44,281 nt of DNA from Chloroflexota bacterium (GCA_004145215.1 SEAL01000020.1:1-44281), one strand, 5' to 3'; shown: positions 1-9,645, counted from the first letter of the stretch. Notes: a model not told the origin generated them from the sequence alone. A program made the numbers and translations.

Positions 1-1178
1 TCGTTATAACGATCAATATACGACTGCGCCATAGCTGTCGCTGAAAACTTTTCTTCGACAGAACGACGACACGCCGCCGGGTCAATTTCATCGATACGAG
101 CCATATACTCTTCAAACTCTTTTTCATCATTTGCCAAGAAGCCATTAACGCCATGTTCTATAATTTCTGGCATCGCACCACGATTCATAGCAATGACAGG
201 CGTGCCACATGCTAGCGCCTCTATTACCGCCATACCGAATGGCTCACTCCACGTTATCGGAAACAACAATGCTTTGGCTTCTGATATAAACTTCATTTTC
301 TTTTTTCCACCTACACCGCCAGTATAGGTAACTCGAGGATTTCGCAGGACATACGGAAGGACTTTGTCGCTATAATAACGGAAATCACGATCGTTTCGGT
401 ACTTGCTGAGCGGATTGGCGAGTTCGATCATTACGCGACGATTAGAATTCATCGCAGCAACAGTGCCAGCCATGCGCAAGCGATATCCGCGTTTGGCACT
501 AATCTTTGCTGCGATATGCTGACCTTTTTCTTCAGAGAACCTAGCAAGCGTTATGAAATAATTCTTCTTTTTATCCTTATCGACAAATGGAAAGTGCTTT
601 ATGTCGATTGCATTATGCACCGTATCCAACATATTGCCCGCTAGCTCTTTCGGCATGGATCGCTTCATCGCATCAGAAATAGATACGAAATAACACTCAT
701 GCTCACCAGCGACGGCTCGCCAAAATACACGATTGTCGGGCATCCCGTCCGCAACGGATTGATCCGTACTAACAGGTGGTCCATGGATTGTATGTATAGC
801 TGGAGGTATTTTTTTGTCCGCCGTAGCCCAAGCCAAAAGACTAGGACCAATGAAATAATTGTGATCATGAATAACATCGAACTTTCCGTCGTTCTTGATC
901 AATTCCAGAGATTTCAACACGTGCGCCGTTGGTATTGGCAAAGAAAAGTCATACATTGGCTTTAGGATATGCTCGAATTGCTCGGATTTTGTCACCGTAT
1001 GTACTTTTGCGCCATGGAGTTTTCTCCGACCTACACCGAATATCTCTACTTCCACTCCTGACTCAACAAGACCCTTAACTAGATTATCGAGTACCGCCTC
1101 GACGCCGCCATAGCCTTCACTTGGAATATGAAGCCATGGTGGCGTAATAATCGCCACTCGTATTGGAGGTTTTGCCAT
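1..1178 (-). CDS. Glycosyltransferase, GT4 / GT-B family (N-terminal ~392 codons; 3' end runs off the left edge)
   Basis: Absent from the supplied ORF track because no stop lies in the window. My translation from ATG 1178..1176 gives MAKPPIRVAIITPPWLHIPSEGYGGVEAVLDNLVKGL... and stays open to base 1. It contains the GT4 C-terminal motif FPITWSEPFGMAVIEALACGTPVIAMNRGAMPEIIEHGVNGFL. Confidence 0.8.
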   Translation of the reverse strand, partial: MAKPPIRVAIITPPWLHIPSEGYGGVEAVLDNLVKGLVESGVEVEIFGVGRRKLHGAKVHTVTKSEQFEHILKPMYDFSLPIPTAHVLKSLELIKNDGKFDVIHDHNYFIGPSLLAWATADKKIPPAIHTIHGPPVSTDQSVADGMPDNRVFWRAVAGEHECYFVSISDAMKRSMPKELAGNMLDTVHNAIDIKHFPFVDKDKKKNYFITLARFSEEKGQHIAAKISAKRGYRLRMAGTVAAMNSNRRVMIELANPLSKYRNDRDFRYYSDKVLPYVLRNPRVTYTGGVGGKKKMKFISEAKALLFPITWSEPFGMAVIEALACGTPVIAMNRGAMPEIIEHGVNGFLANDEKEFEEYMARIDEIDPAACRRSVEEKFSATAMAQSYIDRYN

Positions 1179-1248
1179 CAAATCTCACCTCGAGTATTTT
1201 TTGTGTCGCTGGTGTACAACATATAACTCTTCTTAGTATACCACTTCT

Positions 1249-2826
1249 ATGGCTTATAATAGATACATGGGGTCAAATAAAACCGAATCACCGCTATCGA
1301 CAACAGACTACAAACTCCTTACGGGCGAAGAATTAGTGCGCATCGATTCGTTTGCGCCACGACATTTTGAACATAGCCCATCGACCATTGAACAGATTAA
1401 ACGCTTGACCAATTCGCCAGATACGAATTCGATCGGCGAACATGGCCCAAGTGTCGCTTCGCTCGCCTTTGATGTTTCATCGAGAACATCAGTCAACCCA
1501 GAATCTTCGCCGCTGGATGACCACGAGGACAATTTATCGTCAACACCAGATCATCTACGACTCTACGAAGTGCTGTTTGGCCGCGATTCACTGCGCGTTG
1601 CGATTGATCTGATATCTAGCTATCCGGAATTAGCACGAACAACTGTGCTAGAATTGGCAAAACTACAGGGCGTAACATACAATCACGAACGCGAAGAAGA
1701 ACCAGGACGTATTGTCCATGAAGCCCGCGATCAAGACGACGCGATCGCAAAAAACCTGACCGATCAGCTGGGCTGGGGCTGGCCGTATTATGGGTCAGTT
1801 GATGCGACACCTGAATTTATCCGAACACTGACAGCATACGTCCGCCGAACCGAAGAAAATCACGCGTTCTTGTCACAAAAATATATCGACAAGAGCAACA
1901 ACGAACGCGACATCGCCTATGCGCTCGACATGGCTGTCGATTGGATTATTGAGCGACTCGGTGCAAATTCGGAAGGCGTTTTGGAATTCCATTCAGAACT
2001 GGAAAAAGGTATCGAAAATCAGGTATGGAAAGATTCGTGGGACGCATATCATCACAAAGACGGAACACTCGCGAACCATACTGCGGGTATCGCATCAATT
2101 GAAGTCCAGGTAACCACCTACGACGCACTGATCGACGCGGCCGACATGTACCGGCACGTACTGGACGATGCGCACAAATCAGAGGTATTGAAAGATACGG
2201 CGGCACGATTAAAGGAAGTAATTTTGGAAAAATTCTGGACTGACGACGAGGGCGGTTATTTTGTACTTGGCACCGACCGTGATACTGATGGTAACATGCG
2301 TCAACTGAAAATCAAAACGTCGAACATGGGCCACACATTGAATTCGCGATTGCTAGAATCTGATGACATAGACATCAAACGCAAACGCGATGCAACCGTC
2401 GTGCAGATCATGTCACCAAAATTGTTAAATGTCAGCGGAATTCGCACACTCGCAACAGACGAAACGCGGTTTCGCGCCGGCGCGTACCACTGCGGAAGCG
2501 TCTGGTTGTGGGACACGCACCACATCGCAAAAGGACTACGACGTCATGCCCTACATGAATCAGCCGATGCAATCGACAGGCGCCTGCTGCACGTCGTCGA
2601 CGCAACAAAAATATTTCCAGAATACGTCAGGGGTGATGATACCGACACACCGTCAATCAATACTGATCGGATCGTGTTATGGGATGCGGTTAACCAACGC
2701 GAAAATATTGTCGAACAGCCACCACAGGAAGTCCAAGCATGGACTGTCGCGTCAATCTTGGCCATCAAAAAACGCCTAGACCGTCGCCAAGCGGCAATTG
2801 ATAGGCGCAAACAAGAAATCGTCTAG
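1249..2826 (+). CDS. Amylo-alpha-1,6-glucosidase / glycogen-debranching-like six-hairpin glycosidase (GDE_C-like)
   Basis: 525-aa ORF. The segment RTLATDETRFRAGAYHCGSVWLWDTHHIAKGL is typical of the GDE C-terminal (alpha/alpha)6 family. Converges on the trehalase gene with a 4-nt overlap. Confidence 0.6.
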   Translation: MAYNRYMGSNKTESPLSTTDYKLLTGEELVRIDSFAPRHFEHSPSTIEQIKRLTNSPDTNSIGEHGPSVASLAFDVSSRTSVNPESSPLDDHEDNLSSTPDHLRLYEVLFGRDSLRVAIDLISSYPELARTTVLELAKLQGVTYNHEREEEPGRIVHEARDQDDAIAKNLTDQLGWGWPYYGSVDATPEFIRTLTAYVRRTEENHAFLSQKYIDKSNNERDIAYALDMAVDWIIERLGANSEGVLEFHSELEKGIENQVWKDSWDAYHHKDGTLANHTAGIASIEVQVTTYDALIDAADMYRHVLDDAHKSEVLKDTAARLKEVILEKFWTDDEGGYFVLGTDRDTDGNMRQLKIKTSNMGHTLNSRLLESDDIDIKRKRDATVVQIMSPKLLNVSGIRTLATDETRFRAGAYHCGSVWLWDTHHIAKGLRRHALHESADAIDRRLLHVVDATKIFPEYVRGDDTDTPSINTDRIVLWDAVNQRENIVEQPPQEVQAWTVASILAIKKRLDRRQAAIDRRKQEIV

Positions 2827-4475
2827 TCGACGCGTGACACGTCTTCGTCAATCAAGACTGCCAGTACGCCATTCGTCCAGCCAAAGCCGTCCTGGAGCGG
2901 ATATTCGCCCCCAGCGCCTAGTCGCGTATGGCTAACGACATTGTACTTTTCGATCATTTTCGCTTTTTTTGCAAAAACTTCCAGGCCAGATCCAACCCAG
3001 GCTTTTTTGATCTTTTCTGCAAGTGCGCGGTGACCGTAATTACGCAGGCCTTCTATCACCACCCAGTGAAGCGGCGCCCAGCCGTTCGGTGCATCCCATT
3101 GCTGACCGTTATCAACCAATGTCGCAATTAATCCACCTTCTTTCAGGAAGTCTTTTTCTAATCGATCAGCAACAGCCTGAGCCTGTTTCGTCGTCGCAAT
3201 TTTTGCATACAATGGAAACACTCCGGCTAGCGTAACGCTCGGTGTGGCTTTGCTTTTTCGAAAATCATAATCCATAAAGAACTGTTCTTTTTCGCTCCAC
3301 ATGAACTGTACAACAGTCTTTGCTCGACGCTCTGCCAGTGTACGGAATTTGCGTGCCAGTAACGGCTGAAACATCAGCTGGTATGTTTCAGCAATTGTCA
3401 TTTCTAGGTCATACAGCAAACAGTTCAAATCGACAGGCACGATATCGGTCGTATGAATCGATGTAATGTCTTGTGGGTCAGTAAACCAACGGCTACTAAA
3501 ATCCCAACCTGATTCAGCACCCGCACGCAGATCCAGGTACAGACGCTCGGAATCGTGAACACCCGCTTGTTCTGCGGTCTCGATATCTTCGCGGAGCGAT
3601 TCTGGTCGCGGTGTTGTTTTGTTATCAAAGTAACGGTTCAATACAACACCATTTGGCATCTGGACGACGCGCGCAAAAGCACGAGTGTCAATGTGACTAC
3701 CAACTGATTTTCGACCTTTCATCCAGAATCGATACTCGGCTAGCATATACGGGAGATATTCCAGCAGTGTGCGCGTGCGACCCTTGTGTCGGGCTAACAA
3801 TTTGATCATATGACTAAAGAATGGCGGTTGTGATCGGCTGAGGAAATACGTTCGGTTTGCTGTTGGAATAAAGCCAAATTTGCGGATCATATACGCATAA
3901 TTTTTGATCATACCTTCGATCAAATCCCATCGCCCGTCAGCAGCCAGCCCTAGCATAATAAAATAGGTATCCCAATAGAATTGCTCGCTGAATCGCCCGC
4001 CAGGAACGACGTACGCATGCGGCAATGCAATCAGCGACCCACGGTCTCTGCGATTTTTGCGCTCTAGGACCGACCATAGATCAGTAATATGTTCGCGCGC
4101 AGTCCGGTTAACGTCTGAATGGTACGCTGCTGCCGTATGTTGAAATTCATAAAAATGCCGGTTCACGAATTCGTGCAAATCAAAATCAGGGTCTTGTTTT
4201 GCCAGTAAGTATTCTTTTTTGATTTGATTTGAACGCTTCCTGGGGATCAGGTCGACAAACGTTTTTCCGTCTTCATAGACTTGCCGCTCTTGTACTTCGC
4301 TAAACAAACTGCCCAACGCCTCGTCCGGGCTCTTGCGTACGCGCATAAGCGCCCCAGTCGCGGCAACGAGTGTTGATTTGACCAGATCGTCGGACGGCAG
4401 TACGGTCGGTAGTGAAATAGATATTTTTCGCGGCATTACTTTACCTACTATAGCGTCTGTGCTTATCTGGCGCAA
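2823..4475 (-). CDS. treF: Trehalase, GH37, cytoplasmic TreF-like (no signal peptide)
   Basis: GH37 signature blocks are present: PGGRFSEQFYWDTYF, SRSQPPFF, LRAGAESGWDFSSRW, QWDAPNGWAPL and GGEYPLQDGFGWTNGV. The track start at 4475 is a TTG. The ATG at 4436 (MPRKISISL, preceded by AGGTAAAG) is the more likely start. Confidence 0.9.
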   Translation of the reverse strand: MRQISTDAIVGKVMPRKISISLPTVLPSDDLVKSTLVAATGALMRVRKSPDEALGSLFSEVQERQVYEDGKTFVDLIPRKRSNQIKKEYLLAKQDPDFDLHEFVNRHFYEFQHTAAAYHSDVNRTAREHITDLWSVLERKNRRDRGSLIALPHAYVVPGGRFSEQFYWDTYFIMLGLAADGRWDLIEGMIKNYAYMIRKFGFIPTANRTYFLSRSQPPFFSHMIKLLARHKGRTRTLLEYLPYMLAEYRFWMKGRKSVGSHIDTRAFARVVQMPNGVVLNRYFDNKTTPRPESLREDIETAEQAGVHDSERLYLDLRAGAESGWDFSSRWFTDPQDITSIHTTDIVPVDLNCLLYDLEMTIAETYQLMFQPLLARKFRTLAERRAKTVVQFMWSEKEQFFMDYDFRKSKATPSVTLAGVFPLYAKIATTKQAQAVADRLEKDFLKEGGLIATLVDNGQQWDAPNGWAPLHWVVIEGLRNYGHRALAEKIKKAWVGSGLEVFAKKAKMIEKYNVVSHTRLGAGGEYPLQDGFGWTNGVLAVLIDEDVSRVD

Positions 4476-4496
4476 TATGATTATGAAACAACATAG

Positions 4497-4530
4497 TTGA
4501 CATTTTATTAAGCTTATGCTATTATGAAAA
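4497..4530. promoter_or_regulatory. Overlapping face-to-face sigma70-like promoters
   Basis: Plus strand: TTGACA (4497-4502), 17 nt, TATTAT (4520-4525). Minus strand: TTTTCA (4530-4525), 17 nt, TAAAAT (4507-4502). The minus-strand promoter is correctly placed for the trehalase gene. Confidence 0.45.
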
Positions 4531-4695
4531 CATGTGAAAGATGACCGGTCTAAAACACAAACACATACTAAAAAATAACAATAGAAGGAACTTGTGAATG
4601 AACCGAAAACGGATTGTTGTCCGATACGAAAAAGTAGACGAAATCATAAAGATTCACCGATAATTAACTCACGAACGCACACCCACTAGAAAGGA

Positions 4696-5547
4696 CTAAT
4701 GGGTGTGTTTGCTATCATGATCATGTTCATCGTGATGCTGATCTTCTTCGTGGCCGTGCTCGCCGTGACTATGCGATTCATGCGGTATATACGAGTGTGC
4801 GATTGTCGTCGTAATCCCGACGAATACGACTCCGGCAATCAATACCGCCGTCTGAATATTCGCTACCTTGCGCTTTGGTTCTGCGTGAATCGTTGGAATA
4901 ATATCGCTTGCTGCAATATAGATAAAGAATCCTGCGATCGCCGCCAGTAGCAGTGGCTGAGGTATCGGTAGTTCACCTCCGACACCGAATACCAACACAG
5001 CACCAACGACAGTCGCAAGCGCGCTAAATAGATTGACGAGCAGTACTTTCTTTTTGCGCATACCTTTGGAAATCAGTAACCCAAAGTCACCTATTTCCTG
5101 GGGAATTTCATGCGCTGCAATTGCCAATGTCGTCACAACACCCGTTGCAGGACTGACCAAGAATGCCGCACCGATCGCTAAACCATCGATGAAGTTATGT
5201 AACGTATCACCGATGATAATCAATGATGTATTACGACGGCCATGTGTATGACTGGTATCTGATTCTTCGTGGTGATGGTGATACCAAGTGAGTGTTCGTT
5301 CTAGGACAAAAAAGAACAAGAACGCGATTAACACCGTCAATGAAATCGTTCGCCCGTCACCTTCTTCAAGTGCTTCAGGCAGCAGGTCAATAAAAGCAGC
5401 CGCCAGCAACGCACCGGCAGCAAATGGTACGGCAATACGCTGTAGTTTTGCCGCTCCCCATTTTCCATAGAGTAAATACACGCCACCAATCAGCGACACG
5501 ACGCTACCAATTGTAGCAGCCGCAAGTAAGAGTAACCAATCATTCAT
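4696..5547 (-). CDS. ZIP family divalent-metal (zinc) transporter with His-rich loop and His-rich C-terminal tail
   Basis: ZIP motifs HNFIDGLAIGAAF and AHEIPQEIGDFGLL are present, with multiple TM segments. His-rich stretches: WYHHHHEESDTSHTHG and a C-terminal HESHSHGEHGHEEDQHHDEHDHDSKHTH. Confidence 0.85.
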   Translation of the reverse strand: MNDWLLLLAAATIGSVVSLIGGVYLLYGKWGAAKLQRIAVPFAAGALLAAAFIDLLPEALEEGDGRTISLTVLIAFLFFFVLERTLTWYHHHHEESDTSHTHGRRNTSLIIIGDTLHNFIDGLAIGAAFLVSPATGVVTTLAIAAHEIPQEIGDFGLLISKGMRKKKVLLVNLFSALATVVGAVLVFGVGGELPIPQPLLLAAIAGFFIYIAASDIIPTIHAEPKRKVANIQTAVLIAGVVFVGITTTIAHSYIPHESHSHGEHGHEEDQHHDEHDHDSKHTH

Positions 5548-5587
5548 AGTGACAGTAGTTTAGCAGTCAGCTTTCATGGCTGCAATT

Positions 5588-5616
5588 TTGTTGCAAAAAT
5601 AATTATTCTGCAACAA
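5588..5616. promoter_or_regulatory. 29-bp near-perfect palindrome overlapping the putative ZIP promoter (metalloregulator operator candidate)
   Basis: TTGTTGCAAAAATAATTATTCTGCAACAA is symmetric at 27 of 29 positions. On the minus strand, TTGCAG-17nt-CAAAAT lies inside it, about 40 nt upstream of the ZIP ATG at 5547. Confidence 0.45.
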
Positions 5617-5617
5617 C

Positions 5618-5648
5618 AAATACCCGCACGACTGGCATGCGGGTATTT
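5618..5648 (-). terminator. Intrinsic terminator downstream of typA
   Basis: An 11-bp stem, AAATACCCGCA / TGCGGGTATTT, with a 9-nt loop. On the minus strand it is followed by a U-rich GUUGUUG tail and sits 22 nt after the typA stop. Confidence 0.6.
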
Positions 5649-5669
5649 ACAGAGTAGCGACTGCTCTCT

Positions 5670-7493
5670 TTAGTTTTTAGCAGCACGCTTGCGCTGGTTT
5701 GGATCCAAGAATCGTTTACGCAGGCGAAGTGATTTTGGTGTTACTTCTAGTAATTCATCGTCTTCGATAAAGTCGATAGATTGTTCCAGACTGAGGTCAG
5801 TAAACGGCGTCAACTGAATTGTTCCATCACTTGATGATGTACGCATGTTTGTCAGCTGCTTGCCACGGCAAACGTTCACATCCAAATCACCCTGGCGATT
5901 GTAGACACCGACGATCATACCCTGATACACAACTGTTCCCGGGCCAACATATAGTTCACCACGAGCAGCGGCCGCATCAAGTGCATAGGCAGTTGTCGAA
6001 CCAGCTTCGGTCGCAACCAACGCACCGTTACGAGTTTGTTGCAGGCGAGGTCCAACTGGTTGGTAGCCGTGAGGCAAGCTGTTGATAATAACCGTTCCCT
6101 TTGTGGCAGTTAGTAGCAAGTTACGCAGACCAATCATTGCACGTGTTGGCAAGATATATGTCGTACGAGTCGTGCCGCTACTTGTCTGTTCTTGCTTTGT
6201 TAGTGCAGCGCGGCGAGTACCGAGCTCTTGACTAACAGCGCCGAGGAATTCTGGAGCAACTTCAATCAATAGTTCTTCGACAGGCTCTTTAACTTCGCCA
6301 TCTTCTTCGATGGTAACGACTTGTGGCCGACCAACTTCAAATTCGAATCCTTCACGGCGAAGTGTTTCGATCAAAACGGAAAGGTGAAGTTCGCCACGTC
6401 CACTGACAGTAAAACCAATACCGGCGTCTTCGACGCGAAGTGATACGTTTGTTTCCAGTTCTTTCTTCAGTCGATCACCGATTTGGCGTGACGTGTTGAA
6501 TTCCGCTTCTTTGCCCTTCATCGGGCTAGTGTTCGGACCCAGGTACATGCTGAGTGTTGGCGCTTCCACGTCAATCACTGGCAATGCTTCTGGATTTTCT
6601 TTATCAGCAAGTGTTTCACCGATATGCGCTTCGGCAATACCAGTCAGGGCAACGATGTCACCTGCGCTTGCAGAGTCAATCTCTTCGCGGTTCAATCCAC
6701 GATATCCAAATACCTTGTCAATTTTTGCATTGATGATCGTACCGTCACGTTTGATCAGCACAATTTGCTGTGCTTTTTTGACGTCGCCCCTAGTAATACG
6801 GCCAATTGCATATTTACCTAGGAAGTTATCATATTGCAATGAAGTTACGAGCAGCTGGAAAGGTTTGTCGGCTTCGACAGTTGGCGCTGGAATATCGTTC
6901 ACGATTGCGTCGAAAATAGGCGTCAAGTCAGTGTGCTCACCCGGGTTATCTGGTAGTTCCGCCCATGCTTTACCTTCGCGGCCAATTGCATAATAGACAG
7001 GATAATGTAGTTGACTATCGTCGATAGCTAGTTCTAGGAATAGATCTGATATTTCATCGATCACTTCGTCAATACGGCGTGATGGTTTGTCAATTTTATT
7101 AATGATAACAACTGGTTTTAATCCCAGTTCGAGTGCCTTTGACAGTACGAATTTCGTCTGTGGCATTGGACCTTCTTGGGCGTCGACAACCAATAGCACA
7201 CCATCAGCCATGTTCAATGTTCGTTCAACTTCACCTGAAAAGTCAGCGTGACCTGGCGTATCGATAATGTTGATTTTGTAGTCGTCATGATAAATCGATG
7301 TCTGTTTTGCAGTAATCGTGATGCCACGTTCGTGCTCTTGATCACCGCTGTCCATGATGAGTGACTGTTCCATTTCCGCCTGGTTTGAGCGGAATGTGTT
7401 TGACTGTTTTAACAGTCCATCGACCATAGTTGTTTTACCATGGTCAACGTGCGCGATAATAGCGATGTTGCGAATGAATTTAGGGTCTTTCAT
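5670..7493 (-). CDS. typA: Translational GTPase TypA/BipA
   Basis: 607 aa. The N-terminus IRNIAIIAHVDHGKTTMVDGLLKQ, together with DTPGHADF and NKID G-motifs and the overall length, matches TypA. Confidence 0.95.
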   Translation of the reverse strand: MKDPKFIRNIAIIAHVDHGKTTMVDGLLKQSNTFRSNQAEMEQSLIMDSGDQEHERGITITAKQTSIYHDDYKINIIDTPGHADFSGEVERTLNMADGVLLVVDAQEGPMPQTKFVLSKALELGLKPVVIINKIDKPSRRIDEVIDEISDLFLELAIDDSQLHYPVYYAIGREGKAWAELPDNPGEHTDLTPIFDAIVNDIPAPTVEADKPFQLLVTSLQYDNFLGKYAIGRITRGDVKKAQQIVLIKRDGTIINAKIDKVFGYRGLNREEIDSASAGDIVALTGIAEAHIGETLADKENPEALPVIDVEAPTLSMYLGPNTSPMKGKEAEFNTSRQIGDRLKKELETNVSLRVEDAGIGFTVSGRGELHLSVLIETLRREGFEFEVGRPQVVTIEEDGEVKEPVEELLIEVAPEFLGAVSQELGTRRAALTKQEQTSSGTTRTTYILPTRAMIGLRNLLLTATKGTVIINSLPHGYQPVGPRLQQTRNGALVATEAGSTTAYALDAAAARGELYVGPGTVVYQGMIVGVYNRQGDLDVNVCRGKQLTNMRTSSSDGTIQLTPFTDLSLEQSIDFIEDDELLEVTPKSLRLRKRFLDPNQRKRAAKN

Positions 7494-7649
7494 AAAAATA
7501 TGCCCAGATTTGACGGGCTTCCTTTAATAGTACTTTAACAGATTGATGGGGGTTTTTCAAACATAAGCTATGAGATAGCGCGACCCACCACTTCAAATTT
7601 ACTAAAGCAAATTTCGTGGAGAACCAAAGTAATCTTTACGGCGAATACC

Positions 7650-7686
7650 AAATAAAAACGAGATCCGTAGAGATCTCGATTTTATT
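7650..7686 (-). terminator. Intrinsic terminator immediately 3' of tRNA-Leu
   Basis: CGAGATC / GATCTCG stem extended by flanking A/T runs. On the minus strand the hairpin is followed by UUUUUAUUU. Confidence 0.6.
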
Positions 7687-7773
7687 TGGTGCGCGAAAGA
7701 GGACTTGAACCTCCACGCCCCGAAGGGCACCAGCCCCTCAAGCTGACGCGTCTACCAATTCCGCCATTCGCGC
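7687..7773 (-). tRNA. tRNA-Leu (anticodon GAG), class II with long variable arm, CCA encoded
   Basis: Reverse complement: GCGCGAATGGCGGAATTGGTAGACGCGTCAGCTTGAGGGGCTGGTGCCCTTCGGGGCGTGGAGGTTCAAGTCCTCTTTCGCGCACCA. It folds with a 7-bp acceptor stem, a TCAGC/GCTGG anticodon stem, loop TTGAGGG, T-arm GGAGG-TTCAAGT-CCTCT, and a 15-nt variable arm. Confidence 0.9.
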
Positions 7774-7827
7774 ATGTTGTCATATCATAGGTTCCTATGA
7801 TGAGGAGCTTGGTCAATTATATCGGTA

Positions 7828-9627
7828 CTACGGTGTTTTGTAAACTACTGCGTTATCGGCAGTCCAATTAATAACATTTGCATAGCGATCCGCAGCAGAG
7901 ATTATTTTTTCATCCTGCGTCAGAGAATGTGCAGTTTTACTACGGACATACAGCATATTAGACTGATATAATCCGACCGCTGGAACATCGTCCAACCACT
8001 GCTTTGCAAATGCTTTATACTTGACGTTACGCAGCTCTGGCTCGGAGCGAGTGCGAGCACTAGCTAGAGCATCGTCACTAACACTATTACTGTAATTAGC
8101 CAGATTCAAGAATCCCTGGGTGTGCCAATAAGCAAACACGTCTGGATCAGCGCCAATCAATAGTTCGTCTAGCAGAACGTCATAGTTACGTTCTTTCAGT
8201 ACCGCCTGAGCAAAACTCTGCCCGACTTCGGACGGATCGACAATCTGCGTATCTACTTGCACGCCAAGTGCTCGCCACTGCCCCACCAGAGACTCCAGCG
8301 CTCGCTCGAATTCGACGCTCTTGCGCGTGACGACACGTAGTCGCAACTCTTCGCCGGCTTTTTGACGAATCCCGTTTGAACCTAACACCCAGCCATCAGC
8401 ATCGAGTGATTCTTTTGCTTGACTCTGGTCGAAGCCTGCCGCGACTGGTATATCTTCGCCCGTTAGCTGGCCATTCACAAACGGCAAATCTAATCGCTGC
8501 GGATTGCCATAAATCTTTTTACGTAATTCATTCGTATTCAAGCCAAGCTGTAATGCTTTTCGAACTTTCGTATCTTTTAGGATAGGCTGACTGGTATTAA
8601 ATATCGCATAAACTCCACTATTCACCGGTTTGACGGAAATATCATACCTGTTTTGGTCAACGGCACGGGCCGTGTCGCCACTTACTTCTGCAGCTGCACT
8701 GATTTCACCCGTCCTCAGGGCTGTGGCGACTTTATCATTTGTCGTATATGCATGTAGCTGCAAACGATCCAGCTTTGGCGTTCCTCTGTAGTAGTCGGTA
8801 TTGCCATTCAAATGAACAATCTTTCTACCCTCTTCATTACCGATTTGTTGCAGCAAACTGAATTGGAACGGTCCGCTACCAATCGGGCTATTATTATAGG
8901 ACGATTCGCGCATTGCACCAGGATTCACATCTTTCAGTAAGTGTTCTGGTAATACAGAGAACGTCAGCGCCTGAGGAAACGATGCATACGATGCCGGCAA
9001 TGTAAACGCAACCGTTTGATCCGAAACTGCCGTCGCCTGAATATCTTTCCAGCTAGAATAACTCGCTTCGCGGTTAGTCGCGCGTGTCGACGAATTCTTC
9101 ATCAAATCAACAGTAAACACGACATCTTTTGCCGTCACGTCGTATCCATCATGCCATTTTGCATCTGACCGCAGCGATAACGTATATACTTTACCGCTGG
9201 CATCTTGTGTCATTCGCGTCGCCAAATCACCCTTTAGGTGACCTGTGGTGTCGTATGAATACAGTGACGAAAACAGCAATCTGCTGGCAGCGACTTCTGC
9301 ATTCGTTACCGCATAGAGTGGATTTAATGATCCGATTGGACCGGTGACGCCTTCAGCGTACGTTCCGCCAGATGTTGGAGCGGCGCTCAGATAGCTACGC
9401 TGAAACCACATCATCTGAATACCAACCGCGCTGATTAGTAGTGCTACACCAACCATCCAGACGATGATATGACGACGAACGCCACGGATATTATCCCAGC
9501 GTTTGACGATAAATTTATGAGCATGACGAACGGTTGCGCCTTCGGCACGTTTTGCGCGCTTCGAAAAGTCCTTGCGAGATATTTTTACTCGCTGAAATCG
9601 CTTCCAATCACGTCCTTCACCCGCCAT
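7828..9627 (-). CDS. ABC transporter substrate-binding protein, family 5 (peptide/nickel type), N-terminal membrane anchor
   Basis: 599 aa. It has a basic N-terminus, one TM helix (IIVWMVGVALLISAVGIQMMWF), then an SBP_bac_5-like body (DAKWHDGYDVTAKDVVFT). Confidence 0.75.
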   Translation of the reverse strand: MAGEGRDWKRFQRVKISRKDFSKRAKRAEGATVRHAHKFIVKRWDNIRGVRRHIIVWMVGVALLISAVGIQMMWFQRSYLSAAPTSGGTYAEGVTGPIGSLNPLYAVTNAEVAASRLLFSSLYSYDTTGHLKGDLATRMTQDASGKVYTLSLRSDAKWHDGYDVTAKDVVFTVDLMKNSSTRATNREASYSSWKDIQATAVSDQTVAFTLPASYASFPQALTFSVLPEHLLKDVNPGAMRESSYNNSPIGSGPFQFSLLQQIGNEEGRKIVHLNGNTDYYRGTPKLDRLQLHAYTTNDKVATALRTGEISAAAEVSGDTARAVDQNRYDISVKPVNSGVYAIFNTSQPILKDTKVRKALQLGLNTNELRKKIYGNPQRLDLPFVNGQLTGEDIPVAAGFDQSQAKESLDADGWVLGSNGIRQKAGEELRLRVVTRKSVEFERALESLVGQWRALGVQVDTQIVDPSEVGQSFAQAVLKERNYDVLLDELLIGADPDVFAYWHTQGFLNLANYSNSVSDDALASARTRSEPELRNVKYKAFAKQWLDDVPAVGLYQSNMLYVRSKTAHSLTQDEKIISAADRYANVINWTADNAVVYKTP

Positions 9628-9645
9628 GATTCAATAAGTCCTGCC

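Noticed and set aside
6493-6993. 166-aa plus-strand ORF inside typA
   Set aside because: It lies entirely antisense to a confidently identified conserved gene. Low-complexity Ser/Ala/Ile-rich product with no SD. A typical shadow ORF.
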